Shown here in pieces: positions 1 to 12,480 of a stretch of DNA of 64,000 nucleotides. Location of the stretch: positions 434,001-498,000 of the forward strand of contig NIVC01000353.1 in the NCBI GenBank assembly GCA_002269645.1, given 5' to 3'. Under the pieces are notes generated by a model. That model saw only the letters and a program-made list of their open reading frames with translations, did not search any database and was not told the DNA's origin. Position numbers and translations under genes: made by a program. The stretch comes from Macrostomum lignano (lineage: Eukaryota). Every line of letters starts with the position of its first letter. Position 1 is the stretch's first letter.

Positions 1-690
1 ATAATTTAGCTCGTAAAGCATACTAAGTCTATTTGAATTTGGTAGATGTATCTATATAATATTATTGTATTTTTATATATTTTATAATTATCATCAAGAA
101 TGTCATGTATGAAAAGCTGCAAGCACTGTATTTATTAGCTTTGTAACACTCTATAGGCCTACCAAATACTATAGCTCTACCAAATATAACTTTCATAGAC
201 TTAATCTAAGTGAAAAAGTTATAATTGGTCATATTAGAGACAAAAAGATTTTCAATGACTCATGGACCATTGAAATGAATCAAATATTTGCTGACAATTT
301 AAATTATATTTACAATTTTTGCCTATTTACATTTATATAAAGGCAGAATCAACATGTCTATGTCAATGCTGGTATTGTTTATATTATTCAGAATCAAAGA
401 AATAGTAGTTTATTTATATTATATAGTATATGTTCATAGATTTTTATATATATATTTGATATTTTGCTTCATTTTTTTAATATTTGATATTCTAATGTAA
501 AACTTAGACTTAAATAATAAATATAGATTTTATATTTTATATTTTATTTATTTTACATATGTATTATGTTTACATTTATACATTGTACAACATAAAACTA
601 TTTCTTTTAGTTACTAGGCTGGTCCTGTTCTTTGCTTAAAAACCTAGAGTTTAGCTTAAATAGAAAAAAGGGCTTAGGTTGCATTAACCA

Positions 691-2961
691 TTGCTTAGCT
701 ACTTTTTCTGTGTTCTTTTGTTTCAGTCATATAAGAGATCATACAAGCAGTGCACTCATGAAGAAGACCTATCAAGCGATTATGAAGTTGATGATGATGA
801 TAATGAGCCATCACCACTAGGCAAAGTTGCTGCATCATTAGAAGAATCTACAGCTGCACTCTACAGCTGTATTGCAAATGAGCAGGGTGAAGAGGAACAG
901 CAAGCCGTCGACTGTTATGCAGCTTTTTCTACCATTGCAGCTGATGAAATGCTTGAAAGATATTCACCCGAACTAATTTTTTCTGCATTTTTTCTAATTT
1001 ATTCATTAAAATTCAAGCTTTCTGAAGTAGCTACAAATGCCCTTTTAAAGACCCCACCAATAATACTGGCCCAAGGCAGTACTAGACCTACTGGATTTAT
1101 TTCATCTGTTGATCGGATGAAGTCTGTATTTTGTCAGAAATTCCGCAATTTTTCTCAACTATATGAAAAGTACCATGTAAGCAGTGATTCTATTATTTGT
1201 GTCTTTGATTTTGTTGAACAGTTAAAAATTATTATTTCGTGCAATTATGATGCTTTAGTAGCTTACTCCTCTGAATTAAAGTCTGAAAATGGAGACATCC
1301 TCAGTCAAAAGGACCTTGAAAGTATTCCCAATGTATTTGACATCTATATATTATTGTCATGTGATGGAAGTAACCCATACAAGAGGCGCAGATGCTCTTT
1401 GTGGCCTCTACATGGTATCATTTTAAATCTTCCTCCGTCTCTTCGTTCTAGTTTTAGTTGCTCTGTTATTTTTGGCTTTTGGTTCTCTGTCATAAAACCA
1501 AACTGGAATGCCCTTGTATCCAGATCTCTTGGTGGCATCCCATTCGGCGAAGTTCTTGATGTTGAAATCAAAGGAAAGATAGTAAAGTTTCGCCCACTTT
1601 TGTTTGGCTGTGTGTTTGATTTGCCCGCACTTGCAAGTGCATTCAACATAAAGCAATATAACGGTATTTTTGGCTGCCCATTTTGCAAAATTGCAAGTGA
1701 AAAAAGTGGAAAACATGGTGGTCGAATGTATCCCACAAGTCATCTTCCTTTTGAGAGGAAAACATCTGCAGAGTACCGTGAATTTTCAAGGCTTGCGAGC
1801 CATGGTGGTGTTGATATTTTTGGAATCAAAGGTGTCTCTGCATTTGCGACCTATTTTACATTGCCTGATGATTGTTTGCTAGATGGGCTTCATCTTCTGT
1901 ATGAGAATTGTGCTAAATCATTGTTCACTGCAATATTTGAAGGCGGCCACTCGTGCACATTTTCACTTGGCCGGGCTTCAAAAGAGTATGTGGCTAGTGC
2001 TTTGCGGACAGTTTGCTTTCCAGCTGGATTTTCTACTCTTCCAAATGTGAGCTCCCTGTCCACCTGGAAGGGGCATGATTTCAAAACTTTTTTGCTCTAT
2101 CTAAGCCCATTTTCTTTTCTTGCGGTGATGCCTGAGCAGCAATATTTTCATTTACTAACTTTTGTGCTGGCTTCCCGAATCGCCAATGAGCCGGATGTCC
2201 GGAAAAACTTGGCCGATTTCAACATTCTTGTCCATCATTATGTCACTAATATTGAAACAATTTATGAAAAGCGGTTTGCTACATTGAATGTGCATTTGCT
2301 GACCCACCTAAAGGAGCACTTGGCTAAGAATGGTGCCATGCCTTTCTATTCGATGTTTTCATTTGAGTCCCGATTTGTTGAAATTAAGAAGTTCATGTGC
2401 GGTACTAGGGGTCACTGTCATCAAATTGCTGAAAAGTTGATGCTTTTTAAATGCCTGTGTCATTTTTTTTCTCAATTTTCGACTCGTCTACCATCTGGTA
2501 TGAATCATATTTATTCAAAGAAATCGTTTTTAACTACTCCGAAGCTCCTTGATGAGCACCGTTGTCTGCTAAATGGTTTCGTCTATCATTCAACATCGTA
2601 TTCGCGGCGAGGAAAGTCTTGTAATAATCTTTGTATGTTCGTTTTCAATGGGAAGCTAAGATTTGGCCAGATAAACTCATTTTCTAACCATGATGGTACT
2701 ATATATTTTTACGTCGATGTCTTCTTAGTGAAACCGCTTTTGGATCTTATTGATCTGTCCTCTGGTGCTATCAAAACTGATGTTTTCAATGTCTGCTGCA
2801 AGTATAGTCATTACTTTGTGTTTTTTGAGAATGTAGCCGCGAGGAATGTCGAAATCATTGCCCGAAATGTCAGGGCACTGTGTTTGTCAATGACATGTAC
2901 TGTCCGATCCAGGAAATACATGTTTTTGACACCTGTATCAACCATTTTTGAACACCATTGA
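691..2961 (+). CDS. EnSpm/CACTA (CMC superfamily) DDE transposase; true start probably in an upstream exon (acceptor-like tttcag at ~721-726)
   Basis: 756-aa ORF with the motif series typical of animal EnSpm/Transposase_21-like proteins: LSCDGSNPY..SLWPL, FDLPA..FNIKQYNGIFGCPFC, DGLHLLYEN, WKGHDFKTFLLY, NVHLLTHL, SMFSFESRF. Element termini not identified. Confidence 0.85.
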   Translation: MLSYFFCVLLFQSYKRSYKQCTHEEDLSSDYEVDDDDNEPSPLGKVAASLEESTAALYSCIANEQGEEEQQAVDCYAAFSTIAADEMLERYSPELIFSAFFLIYSLKFKLSEVATNALLKTPPIILAQGSTRPTGFISSVDRMKSVFCQKFRNFSQLYEKYHVSSDSIICVFDFVEQLKIIISCNYDALVAYSSELKSENGDILSQKDLESIPNVFDIYILLSCDGSNPYKRRRCSLWPLHGIILNLPPSLRSSFSCSVIFGFWFSVIKPNWNALVSRSLGGIPFGEVLDVEIKGKIVKFRPLLFGCVFDLPALASAFNIKQYNGIFGCPFCKIASEKSGKHGGRMYPTSHLPFERKTSAEYREFSRLASHGGVDIFGIKGVSAFATYFTLPDDCLLDGLHLLYENCAKSLFTAIFEGGHSCTFSLGRASKEYVASALRTVCFPAGFSTLPNVSSLSTWKGHDFKTFLLYLSPFSFLAVMPEQQYFHLLTFVLASRIANEPDVRKNLADFNILVHHYVTNIETIYEKRFATLNVHLLTHLKEHLAKNGAMPFYSMFSFESRFVEIKKFMCGTRGHCHQIAEKLMLFKCLCHFFSQFSTRLPSGMNHIYSKKSFLTTPKLLDEHRCLLNGFVYHSTSYSRRGKSCNNLCMFVFNGKLRFGQINSFSNHDGTIYFYVDVFLVKPLLDLIDLSSGAIKTDVFNVCCKYSHYFVFFENVAARNVEIIARNVRALCLSMTCTVRSRKYMFLTPVSTIFEHH

Positions 2962-3007
2962 TGTTTTTGTCAAGACATGAAGTCAAGGGCTGCTGATACT
3001 AGCTAGT

Positions 3008-3540
3008 TATAGCATTTTGCAGTCAAGTCTGAACTGCGGGCATTCAAATTAGACGCTTGACCAGATCTCACTGCTGGCACAAATGCTATCTATGGCCTAG
3101 ACAAAATCACACTGGTGGGCACTCAATTTAGACAAGGGGCATTCAAATTAGACAAGTTCTCAGGCGCATTGGCTGGGCAATTCAAGATCGTGTTGCGTCT
3201 GTTGTACACTGATGATCTCTTGACATCCAACATGTTGGCAATTTCAGCCACAGAGTCACCACGTTGGCATGCCCCAATAATGAGGTCACGCTTCTCTCTG
3301 GAAATTCTTGCATAGCGACGAATCGGATTGTCCATGGTCTTTCTCTCTGGCACACATAGACTTTCCGCTGCTTGTCTAATTTGAATGCCCGTTGTCTAAA
3401 TTGAGTGCCCGTCAGTGTGTTTCAGTTTGTGCCACAGACATAAAGTTCTGCTTGACTTGGGGACGGATTCTGAAATTTGGCTCTTCCCTTCTTGTCTAAT
3501 TTGAATTCCCGCAGTTCAAACTTGACTGCAAAATGCTATA
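3008..3540 (-). mobile_element. Internally deleted Tc1/IS630-like element (MITE-sized) retaining a transposase HTH remnant
   Basis: 47-bp TIRs at 3008-3054 and 3494-3540 (tatagcattttgcagtcaagtYtgaactgcgggMattcaaattagac, 2 mismatches) with TA at both ends. Internal repeats of gggca(t/c)tcaa(a/t)ttagac. Minus-strand ORF 3123-3353 has the HTH-like ISREKRDLIIGACQRGDSVAEIANMLDVKRSSVYN. Confidence 0.8.
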
Positions 3541-3627
3541 TTAGTTTTAGTCTTAAAAAACTTAGGTCTAGAAAACTTAGAAATTCACAATATTGAGCGA
3601 ATATTGTAAATAAATACCTTTCAGCTG

Positions 3628-4690
3628 ATGGCACAAGCCCAACGTTCTCGACGACCTGTTCCCCGACTCCAAAGTGAACCGTCTAGTGACTTCTTCCTCT
3701 TTTGGTACAACGGTAGTGGAGTTTACTCCGAAGTCTTTTCTTACAATGCGACTGCTCTTCAGTCGATTCCTCCCGAGGTGAGGGCTACCTTGAAGAGAGG
3801 TCAAGAAGTCAAAACCAGGAATGGCTCTGTAATTGAAAAAAGCTGTTTTTTTGGCTAGAGGCACCTTGTCACAATTGATTTCGGCCTCAAAGCTGCTTGA
3901 TACAGCTATTGAAGAAATGGATATTATTGACACTGACAGTGTCATGAAGATTAGCTTGAGTGACTACTCAAATTCAGGGCCTAACAATGCAGATTGTGAC
4001 GCTGATCTAAGCTCAAGCGATGACAGCTCATCTGCAGCGTCTGATTCGCAGTCCAGTCGCAGGCGCAGTCAACCAAGCCAATCTGGTGGAGGTGCGACGG
4101 CAGAAAAGCGCCCAAGGATTGCCTCTAATGACCCGATGGTGCGCGAAAGAGCTAAGCTGGCTGCACTTCAGTCAGCTGAGTCAACTGAAGTTGCGGCTCC
4201 GCAGACGCCTCATTGTGCATCAATCGCCGTGCAGGAGACGCCAAGAGTTGAGGTTCCATCTAGTAAAAGCAAGTGTTGCGGCGACAGTCTGCTCGACGTT
4301 ATGAAGCAGGTTTTGAAAGAGCAAAGGCGGACAAATCGCCTTCTCGCTGACTTGGTCGCAGCTAAGGAACAGCGAGTTGTCCATGCTGCTAATCTCTCCG
4401 AGTTTGTGTGCCACGATGGCAGGACCGTCGATTTAGAATCGATTAATCGGCATGATCCCAACTCGTTTGCTAGAAAGTTTGTGACCATTGTGCATGGGAA
4501 GGATGCGCTGAAGGGTCGCTTGCTATCAAGCAAGAGAAAGAGTGATCGCCTTCTCTTTACTAAGGAGCAGTATAACGACGTTTACAACGTCGTTTGCGCC
4601 AGATTTCCAGGCTGCTCGTGGCCTTCAGTTGAAGCAAGTGTAAACCAATTCCTTAGGGACATTTGCACGAGCAAGGATAAGGACAAGTAG
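3628..4690 (+). CDS. Putative transposon accessory protein with C-terminal BEN-like domain; split by a one-base frameshift at the A6 run ~3836-3841
   Basis: ORFs 3628-3858 and 3833-4690 join (..GSVIEK/AVFLARG..) if one A is removed. Acidic Ser-rich linker and coiled coil, then DPNSFARKFVTIVHGKDALKGRLLS..YNDVYNVVCARFPGCSWPSVEASVNQFLRD, which resembles BEN domains. Same strand and directly downstream of the transposase. Confidence 0.55.
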
Positions 4691-6081
4691 TACCTTTTAC
4701 ACGAAATTAGTAGTAGCAGTGAGCCGACTTCTATGCCTTTAAAGTGCAATTTGTCCTACTTTTGCTGCCATTGATTTAAAATGTACAAAAACTTGCGAAA
4801 CAAATCCCGAATATTAAAAAAATTGCAGGTACTTTAATTTGTTAATTTTTTTCAAGTTTTTTATCTGTTGGCTTTGATCTGACTTACAATTAGTACGGTG
4901 TATGTGGCATTATTATTAATGGTAAGCATCTGTAATCTCGATAGTACTAAAAGCGTATTATATTGATTTTATTACGTAATATTTACATTTTGTTGAATTT
5001 CTTGACTTTTGGTAGCACTTTGTTGTCAGGGAGTTGTACATGACGATTGCTTCCTGCTGTCTGACTTGACTCCTGAGCAACAAGGGCTGCGCCGGTTCTG
5101 CTTTCCACGCCGAAAAGCATTATGTCCTACATTAACTTTGAATTATGTACGCTGGTATGTCTTACCGATAAAAATCCGATGCTTGTTTTTGTAACAACAA
5201 TAAATTTGACAAAGATTGTTGAAGTTTATTCTTGTTTGCTTTGGCCAGGCACATATGAATATATAAGTTGATGAATATGAATATTTCATAAATGTAATAT
5301 AGAATATTATAAATTAGAATATGAATGTATCATATAGGATCTGAACTGGGTATTTGAGCTATAGTCGAAAAGATTTCCGAATGCAAATACCACCTACAGA
5401 TTGTATCATCTGAAGTACGTGTCAACCATCATTTTTAAACCACTGAGCTGAGCTATTAATCTTCGTGCAAAAGCATTGGAAACTGATATTTGTATGCCAT
5501 ATGTGCGTGAAGCAAATGAGAATAAACTACAGATGGCACAGCTGGACATGTCATATGGTAAAAACCAAAAGTTTAACATTTTTGTAGCTTTTGCCAATGA
5601 AGTTGTGTCTAGCACTTTGCTTTAGCGAAGTTTCTATGAAATATGTTTCATGATTACACTTTGAGAAACTTTGTCACTTACGTTCTTGTTTCTTTTCTGA
5701 TAGCAAAAGTTTGAATTTTAAACAGGCTCTTGGATGTCATACAAATTTTATGGTGAATTCCCTACGCTGCCATGACTGTGATGTAATGTTGAAAAGCGAG
5801 CATCATTTGCATGCATGCACCATGGTATGGAAGGGAAGGGAAGGCCTCATGAACAACAGCTACGAGGCTCGTAAAGGCAAGCACGCACGCGTACGATTGT
5901 AGTGAAAATGAAAGAAACGCATTGATTCACAATTACAATGATTGCAATAAAATTGCGTTATCATTGCAATAATTACAATAACAATTACAATTTCCAATTA
6001 TAATTATTGCACTTTTATTGCAATTTTTGGCAAGAAGAATAACAATCGGATTGCAATCTTCGCAATAATTTTCGATTAGTG

Positions 6082-6135
6082 TAGATAGATAGATAGATAG
6101 ATAGATGGGTAGATAGATAGATAGATAGATAGATG

Positions 6136-6178
<43 letters not shown>

Positions 6179-6179
6179 G

Positions 6180-6244
<65 letters not shown>

Positions 6245-6324
6245 ATAGATGGATAGATAGATAGATAGATAGATAGATGGATAGATAGATAGATAGATAG
6301 ATGGATAGATAGATAGATAGATAC

Positions 6325-6355
<31 letters not shown>

Positions 6356-6356
6356 C

Positions 6357-6388
<32 letters not shown>

Positions 6389-6448
6389 ATAGATGGATAG
6401 ATAGATAGATAGATAGATAGATGGATAGATAGATAGATAGATAGATAC

Positions 6449-6480
<32 letters not shown>

Positions 6481-6639
6481 ATAGATGGATAGATAGATAG
6501 ATAGATAGATAGATGGATAGATAGATAGATAGATAGATAGATGGATAGATAGATAGATAGATGGATAGATAGATAGATAGATACATAGATAGATAGATAG
6601 ATAGATAGATAGATGGATAGATAGATAGATAGATAGATG

Positions 6640-6675
<36 letters not shown>

Positions 6676-6676
6676 C

Positions 6677-6722
<46 letters not shown>

Positions 6723-6771
6723 GGATAGATAGATAGATAGATACATAGATAGATAGATAGATAAATAGATG

Positions 6772-6802
<31 letters not shown>

Positions 6803-6827
6803 GGATAGATAGATAGATAGATAGATG

Positions 6828-6875
<48 letters not shown>

Positions 6876-6883
6876 AATAGATG

Positions 6884-6916
<33 letters not shown>

Positions 6917-6923
6917 ATAGATG

Positions 6924-6978
<55 letters not shown>

Positions 6979-6979
6979 G

Positions 6980-7050
<71 letters not shown>

Positions 7051-7051
7051 G

Positions 7052-7086
<35 letters not shown>

Positions 7087-7260
7087 GGATAGATAGATAG
7101 ATAGATAGATAGATGGATAGATAGATAGATAGATAGATGGATAGATAGATAGATGGATAGATAGATAGATAGATAGATGGATAGATAGATAGATAGATAG
7201 ATAGATGGATAGATGGATAGATGAATAGATGAATAGATAGATAGATGAATAGATGGATAG
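6082..7260. repeat. Imperfect (GATA)n microsatellite, ~1.2 kb, with GATG/TACA/TAAA variants
   Basis: Directly visible. Source of the spurious YLSI ORFs. Confidence 0.98.
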
Positions 7261-7323
7261 TCAGTCAGTCAGTCAGTTAGTCAGCCAGTCAGACAATGCC
7301 GGATTAATCATTAACACACTAAC

Positions 7324-10300
7324 CTTGGTCAGCCAGGCCGCCTCCTGAGTCTCCTCAAACAGCACCGCATACTCTGCCAGTTGTTGTTGAACAAATTTAT
7401 CCAGCACCTCGGTTCGAACTCGGAATTCCATCAGGTCGGCAAGTCTGCAACAGGCCTCCACTTGGCCTCTCTGCTGCTGCAGCTCCCTAGGCGGCCCAGT
7501 CAACAAGTCGCGTAATTCCGTTTTAACTCGACCACTGAGTTCCGCTTCTAATGAGCGCGCCTCGTTGCGCAGCTGCTGCAGCTGGGGGACGTCCATGAAC
7601 CGGTCCAGCCCCGCTGTGACCTCGTGGATCTGAGAGCCGGGTGTGCGGTGGATCTTCTGAATTTGTGAATAGTCTGCTTCTCCAATTAGTGAATCTGCCT
7701 CTCCAATTCGTGAATCTGCTTTTCCAATTTGTGAATCTGCTTTTCCAATTAGTGAATCTGCGTCTCCAATTTGTGAATCTGCTTTTCCTTCTCCAATTTG
7801 TGAATCTGCGTCTCCAATTTGTGAATCTGCTTTTCCAATTTGTGAATCTGCTTTTCCAATTTGTGAATCTGCGTCTCCAATTTGTGAATCTGCTTTTCCT
7901 TCTCCAATTTGTGAATCTGCGTCTCCAATTTGTGAATCTGCTTTTCCAATTTGTGAATCTGCTTTTCCAATTTGTGAATCTGCGTCTCCAATTTGTGAAT
8001 CTGCTTTTCCAATTTGTGAATCTGCGTCTCCAATTTGTGAATCTGCTTTTCCAATTTGTGAATCTGCTTTTCCAATTTGTGAATCTGCTTCTCCAATTCG
8101 TGAATCTGCTTTTCCAATTTGTGAATCTGCTTTTCCAATTTGTGAATCTGCTTCTCCAATTCGTGAATCTGCTTTTCCAATTCGTGAATCTGCTTTTCCA
8201 ATTTGTGAATCTGCCTCTCCAATTTGTGAATCTGCGTCTCCAATTTGTGAATCTGCTTTTCCAATTTGTGAATCTGCTTTTCCAATTTGTGAATCTGCTT
8301 TTCCAATTCGTGAATCTGCCTCTCCAATTTGTGAATCTGCCTCTCCAATTTGTGAATCTGCTTTTTTCAATTTGTGAATCTGCCTTCCAAATATTCGCCC
8401 TTGCCTCACCACCTGCTACAATAGTCAATACATTTTCCATCAGAAGACATGCAGACGGAGTAAACTAACCAGTACCTTACACTAAGATAGAATATTCACC
8501 TTGCCAAGGCACTGAGCCAACGCATCATAGGGTCGATCATTTCTCAGCATCAGCGCTTTCATTTCGTCGACGCCATTAATCAAAATGACAACCTGATTAA
8601 GCGCCGTAATACTGCCTGTCAGGTTCCGTTTAGCCGTGTCTAATCTGCGGATGTCCCTAGTCAGGTCCAGCACTGCGGCCTCCGAGCGGTCGGCGCGTTC
8701 TTTGATGTCTCGCATCCGATCGAACAGGTCGGCTATGGCGGCTCGAGCCGCGTCGATGGCCGTGCAACTGTCGTCTGTGAGGTCGCTGCTGCCGCCGCCG
8801 TCGTTGGTGGCTGCGGCTGACTGGCTCGATGCGGATTCACCCTGGATTTATTTAAAGGTCGCATTGATTAAATAGTAAAAGAATTAAAGGCGTCTCTGTG
8901 TACTTTGACAACCCAAGGACCTGGAAGGGGTGGCAACTGGCCAAGAAACTGACCTTCTGGGAGGCTGGTCCAGCAATTGAGGATCTGGGAGGCTGGTCCA
9001 GCAACTGAGGATCTGGGAGGCTGGCCCAGCAACTGAGGATCTGGGAGGCTGGTCCAGCAACTGAGGATCTGGGAGACTGGCCCAGCAACTGACACTCTGG
9101 GAGGCTGGCCCAGCAGTTGAGGATCTGGGAGGCTGGCCCTGCAACTGATGAGGGTCTGGGAGGCTGGCCCAGCAACTGACACTCTGGGAGGCTGGCCCAG
9201 CAACTGAGGATCTGGGAGGCTGGCCCAGCAACTGAGGATCTGGGAGGCTGATCCAGCAACTGACACTCTGGGAGGCTGGCCCAGCAATTGAGAATCTGGG
9301 AGGCTGGCCCTGCAACTGATGAGGGTCTGGGAGGCTGGCCCAGCAACTGACACTGGGAGGCTGGCCCAGCAGTTGAGGATCTGGGAGGCTGGCCCTGCAA
9401 CTCATGAGGGTCTGGGAGGCTGGCCCTGCAACTGACACTCTGGGAGGCTGGCCCAGCAATTGAGGATCTGGGAGGCTGGCCCTGCAACTGATGAGGGTCT
9501 GGGAGGCTGGCCCTGCAACTGATGAGGGTCTGGGAGGCTGGCCCTGCAACTGACACTCTAGGAGGCTGGCCCAGCAATTGAGGATCTGGGAGGCTGGCCC
9601 AGCAACTGAGGATCTGGGAGGCTGGCCCTGCAACTGACACTCTGGGAGGCTGGCCCAGCAATTGAGGATCTGGGAGGCTGGTCCAGCAACTGGGGATCTG
9701 GGAGGCTGGCCCAGCAACTGAGGATCTGGGAGGCTGGCCCAGCAACTGAGAATCTGGGAGGCTGGTCCAGCAACTGACACTCTGGGAGGCTGGCCCAGCA
9801 ATTGAGGATCTGGGAGGCTGGCCCTGCAACTGACACTCTAGGAGGCTGGCCCAGCAATGGAAGATCTAGGAGGCTGGCCCTGCAACTGAGGATCTGGGAA
9901 GCTGGCCCTGCAACTGACACTCTGGGAGGCTGGCCCTGCAACTGACACTCTGGGAGGCTGGCCCTGCAACTGATGAGGGTCTGGGAGGCTGGCCCAGCAA
10001 CTGAGGATCTGGGAGGCTGGCCCAGCAACTGAGGATCTGAGAAGGTACTTACGCCAGGGTACAATACTATACACTACCAAATAAGGCACAAAATCAATAA
10101 ATGATCTACAATTACCTGAACAGCCACACGCAGCTCAGAATCCAGCTGTGCAATCTGAGCCCTGATGCCAGATAGAACATCGTCAAGCCCAGCTAGGCTC
10201 TGCTCAGTAGGAAAAATCCTATTAATATAATCTGTAGCGCAGAAATTAGCCTGATCGAGTGGATCATTAGGATCCACCAGCTCTTGTAGTGCAGCTTCAA

Positions 10301-10367
10301 CCTCGGGCGGAAATGTCATCAAAGCATCTAACTGCTGTTGTTGTTGAGCTGCTTCAGTGTCGGACAT
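7324..10367 (-). CDS. VPS53: Vacuolar protein sorting 53 (GARP/EARP subunit), first three coding exons (10116-10367, 8500-8841, 7324-7629); 3' exons not in window
   Basis: GT-AG phase-0 junctions give a continuous ~300-aa product: FPPEVEAALQELVDPNDPLDQANFCATDYINRIFPTEQSL, LTRDIRRLDTAKRNLTGSITALN, KFVQQQLAEYAVLFEETQEAAWLTK. This matches the Vps53 N-terminal domain. Confidence 0.93.
7660..8385. repeat. 21-bp minisatellite (AATTTGTGAATCTGCTTTTCC)n in Vps53 intron 2
   Basis: Directly visible. The unit is a multiple of 3, which explains the stop-free ORFs 7273-8412, 7523-8440, 7641-8468 and 7749-8348. Confidence 0.97.
8955..10040. repeat. 28/31-bp minisatellite (CTGGGAGGCTGGCCCAGCAACTGAGGAT) in Vps53 intron 1
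   Basis: Directly visible tandem array with GAGGAT/GACACT/GATGAGGGT unit variants. Confidence 0.97.
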
Positions 10368-11499
10368 CTTCAGATTGAGTCTTGATGCAGAAGTTTTAAA
10401 AAAAACTAACTCCTTTTTACTACTAGATTTAGTAGTAGTATATAAAAATCTGAATGTGAATGTGAATCTTAGGTTTTTAACTAGTCATATTCAATTGGCT
10501 ATCAAAATTTATCATTGATATAGTGACATACAAGTATATTTGGCTAAAATACTTTATAATAGCTTTTACCCGTAAAGGACAATAAAGGTCAATGTGACAA
10601 CTAGATCTTGAGCTAATCAATCAATCTAAAAACATAGTAGGTAGCAAGCTTTTTTACACTATAAAGCAAGGAAATCTTATCTAATATTTAAAAACTGTTG
10701 ACACTAGAAAAGAGTTCCTACTTAGTCTATTGCTAACCAACTTTTCAACTAAATTGTAAGTATATACAAGTAGAAAAATATTACAACTAATAAAAATACA
10801 AAAAATATAACTGATAAGGCCTTTATTCCTATAAGTCAACTTCAAAGTGCATTTTATGATTATAACTAAAAATTCAAAAGAATACACTTTTATAGATTGA
10901 TTAGGTATAAAGCAAACAACAATTATACAAAAGTTGAATAACTAACATAGATAACCTTATACAGAAAAGCTAATACAAACCTGAATTTTCCTATAATTAG
11001 GCCTATCAAAACCTCAAAGATTGATTTGATGAAAGTAACTAGCCTAATATTTAATGCCATAATAAAGAACCTAAAAATACTAAAGAAATATACTTCATTA
11101 CATTGATATAATGATAACTTCTAGTGGTTCTTATAATTAACCTTAGCTAATCTTAATATAATGAATTTTCTTTTAATGACCATAAAAATAGCCATTTTGC
11201 TTCTTGATCTTGATAGTGATTATAAAATAACAGCTTCACTATTTATATAATTACTCTTAGTTAGTTAAGAGTAGCTTAGATAGTATAAACAAACCATAGG
11301 CATAGTCTTGTATTATAGAGGTGGCATTTACATGGGAACATTTTTGGCTGCCATGGAAATTATGCACAACCAACAATAACACTTTCTATGGGGGGCCTAT
11401 GAGATGTTGCAGCAATAAATTACCTTTTGTGTGGTTGCTACAATAAAAGAACCTTTCAAGGTACAATGGTCATTCCTAAAGTCTTTAGAATAGAAGGGA

Positions 11500-12480
11500 T
11501 ATGAAGGAGTAAAACTTTTTGTTCGCCAACTTTCACCCATAGACTAAATTATTTACCATTAATGTATATTAAGTTTTGTTGCCATTCACTCAGCCAACTC
11601 TGAGTTAAAGTCTGATTAAGCAGGCACCCTACGCTAAATGTCATGGAGCTTGAAAATTGCAATTTTTGCGCCCTGATCTATTATGACTTCAAGTGCAACC
11701 TGATGCTAGCAGAATGTTTTTCTCAGCTTGCAACTGCCTTCCCTAATGAGTCTCCATCTCAAGCGACTGTGTACAACTAGTATTGCAAGTGTTGTTTGCA
11801 GCGCACCTGCCTGAGTGATGAAGGTTGCAGCAGTTGGCCCTCGACAGCACAGCTGTAACCCAGCACATCAATGAAGCTGAGCAATTGGTAAACGAGAATA
11901 GGCATATAACCTACAACGAGTTACAGTCACAACTAGGCATTGGATTGGGGCAGGTGCACTCTATCCTACACAAACACCTGGGCCTGCAGAAGCTGTGCAC
12001 TCGATTGGTGCCCCATTCACTGTCACAGGAGCAGAGATGGGTCAGGGTGGACTGGTGCGAGAAAATGCTAAGAGAATTTGCTGGAGCAGCATCAAGGAAG
12101 GTTTTTGACATCATTAGTAGTGATAAGACCTGGGTGTACCAGTGTGACCCAGAGACAAAGTGTCAGTTGACAGTCTGGTGCTTCTCCAGCGATGACCATC
12201 CAACCAAGGTGCAGAGGCCCCGGAATGTTGGAAAGAAGATGGTTGCCTCCTTCATCATAGCCTCTAGCCATTTGGTGTCGGTGCCCCTGGAGGATCATTG
12301 CACAGTGACTGTGGCATGGTACACTAGCCATTGCCTTTCTCAAGTCATCAGTGCTTGGTGCCAGAGGTGACCAACCACAGGAACCCAAGGCCTCCAGCTG
12401 CACCAGGACAATGCCAGTGCCCACACTGCATGGTTGACTTCTGCCTTCCTGGAGAAAAATGGAGTCAAGCTGGTCTCTCA
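11500..12480 (+). pseudogene. Decayed, 3'-truncated mariner (DD34D-type) transposase
   Basis: ATG 11643 gives MELENCNFCALIYYDFKCNL..SPSQATVYN* (mariner N-terminus). Then LVPHSL (WVPHEL-like), SSDKTW (TGDETW-like) and LHQDNASAH. In-frame stops at 11778 and 12368. Sequence stops before YSPDLAP. Confidence 0.88.

Noticed and set aside
5400-5900. Possible Vps53 exon 4 or zinc-finger exon
   Set aside because: Only short chance resemblances (VKLLVF; CHDC..HHLH), with stops in frame and no consistent splice phases.
5933-10089. Long ORFs (YLSI, ADSQIGK, SRFTN, GQPPRSS types)
   Set aside because: Translations of micro/minisatellites, open in several frames and on both strands. They sit within Vps53 introns or the GATA tract.
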